Source of the DNA: Cenococcum geophilum
Lineage: Eukaryota
Length of the DNA stretch: 64,000 nucleotides
Direction of reading: 5' to 3'
Assembly (NCBI GenBank): GCA_050273025.1
Contig: CP158635.1
Span: 2,852,001 to 2,916,000, forward strand
Each line of letters opens with the position of its first letter. Within the stretch, counting starts at the first letter, position 1. A program made the position numbers and the translations under genes. The notes under the pieces are model-generated. The model ran no database searches. It was not told the DNA's origin and worked only from the letters and a program-made list of their open reading frames with translations. Below are positions 63,701-64,000 of this stretch, in pieces.

Positions 63701-64000
63701 ACAGTTTTATGGTATTTTTATTATATTTTTATTGCATTTTTATTACAGCCAAAAATTAGGGTTTGCTTAAGTCGCTTAAGTCGCAATTTTAGCAATTTAT
63801 ATAAAGTAGCCTGCAAATCGCTGCAAATCGCCGCAAATTACCAAAGTTGCGACTTAAGCGAGTTAAGCAGACCCCAATTTTCGGCTGCAACAACGCGCCC
63901 AAAAAAAAATCCTGATGGAGGAGAAATAATTATAGCTTTTTAGTTATATATAAGAGGAGATACCTTATATACCTGCCTAATATTATAAACGCTTTAAGTA

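Larger units (their letters stand above)
60796..63917. mobile_element. Non-autonomous TIR element (CMC/CACTA-like) filled with satellites, with 2-bp TSD GA
   Basis: CATGAGGA(T10)AGGCGCGTTGTTACAG (60796-60829) is inverted relative to CTGCAACAACGCGCCC(A9)TCCTGATG (63885-63917); GA at 60794-60795 and 63918-63919. Confidence 0.8.

Noticed and set aside
62161..63943. Long ORFs (582, 369, 291, 148 aa) with RALY/ELRA/EALH periodicity
   Set aside because: Translations of the 12-bp satellite, open on both strands and in several frames; no evidence of a gene.

Overview
Eukaryotic DNA from a filamentous ascomycete (GT-AG introns with CTAAC branch points; pervasive RIP-type C>T/G>A decay). Most of the window is a nested graveyard of RIP-inactivated transposons: three Ty3/Gypsy elements, a full-length LINE, an AcademH-like helicase transposon, a TA-flanked MULE-like element, a non-autonomous LTR element, a SINE-like element in two copies, a CMC-like satellite-filled element and a pogo/Fot1 relic. 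Many boundaries resolve to the base from LTRs, TIRs and TSDs. Non-RIPed islands hold one clearly intact gene, a 5-exon PHO89/pho-4 Na+/phosphate symporter with an upstream CACGTG site. They also hold an unusual locus in which forkhead-like, C2H2 zinc-finger and retropepsin-like domains lie in one frame, split by a single TAA, and a cluster of hairpin and direct repeats around 21.1-21.8 kb and 28.2-29.3 kb. All translations and alignments were done by eye; no database searches were run.
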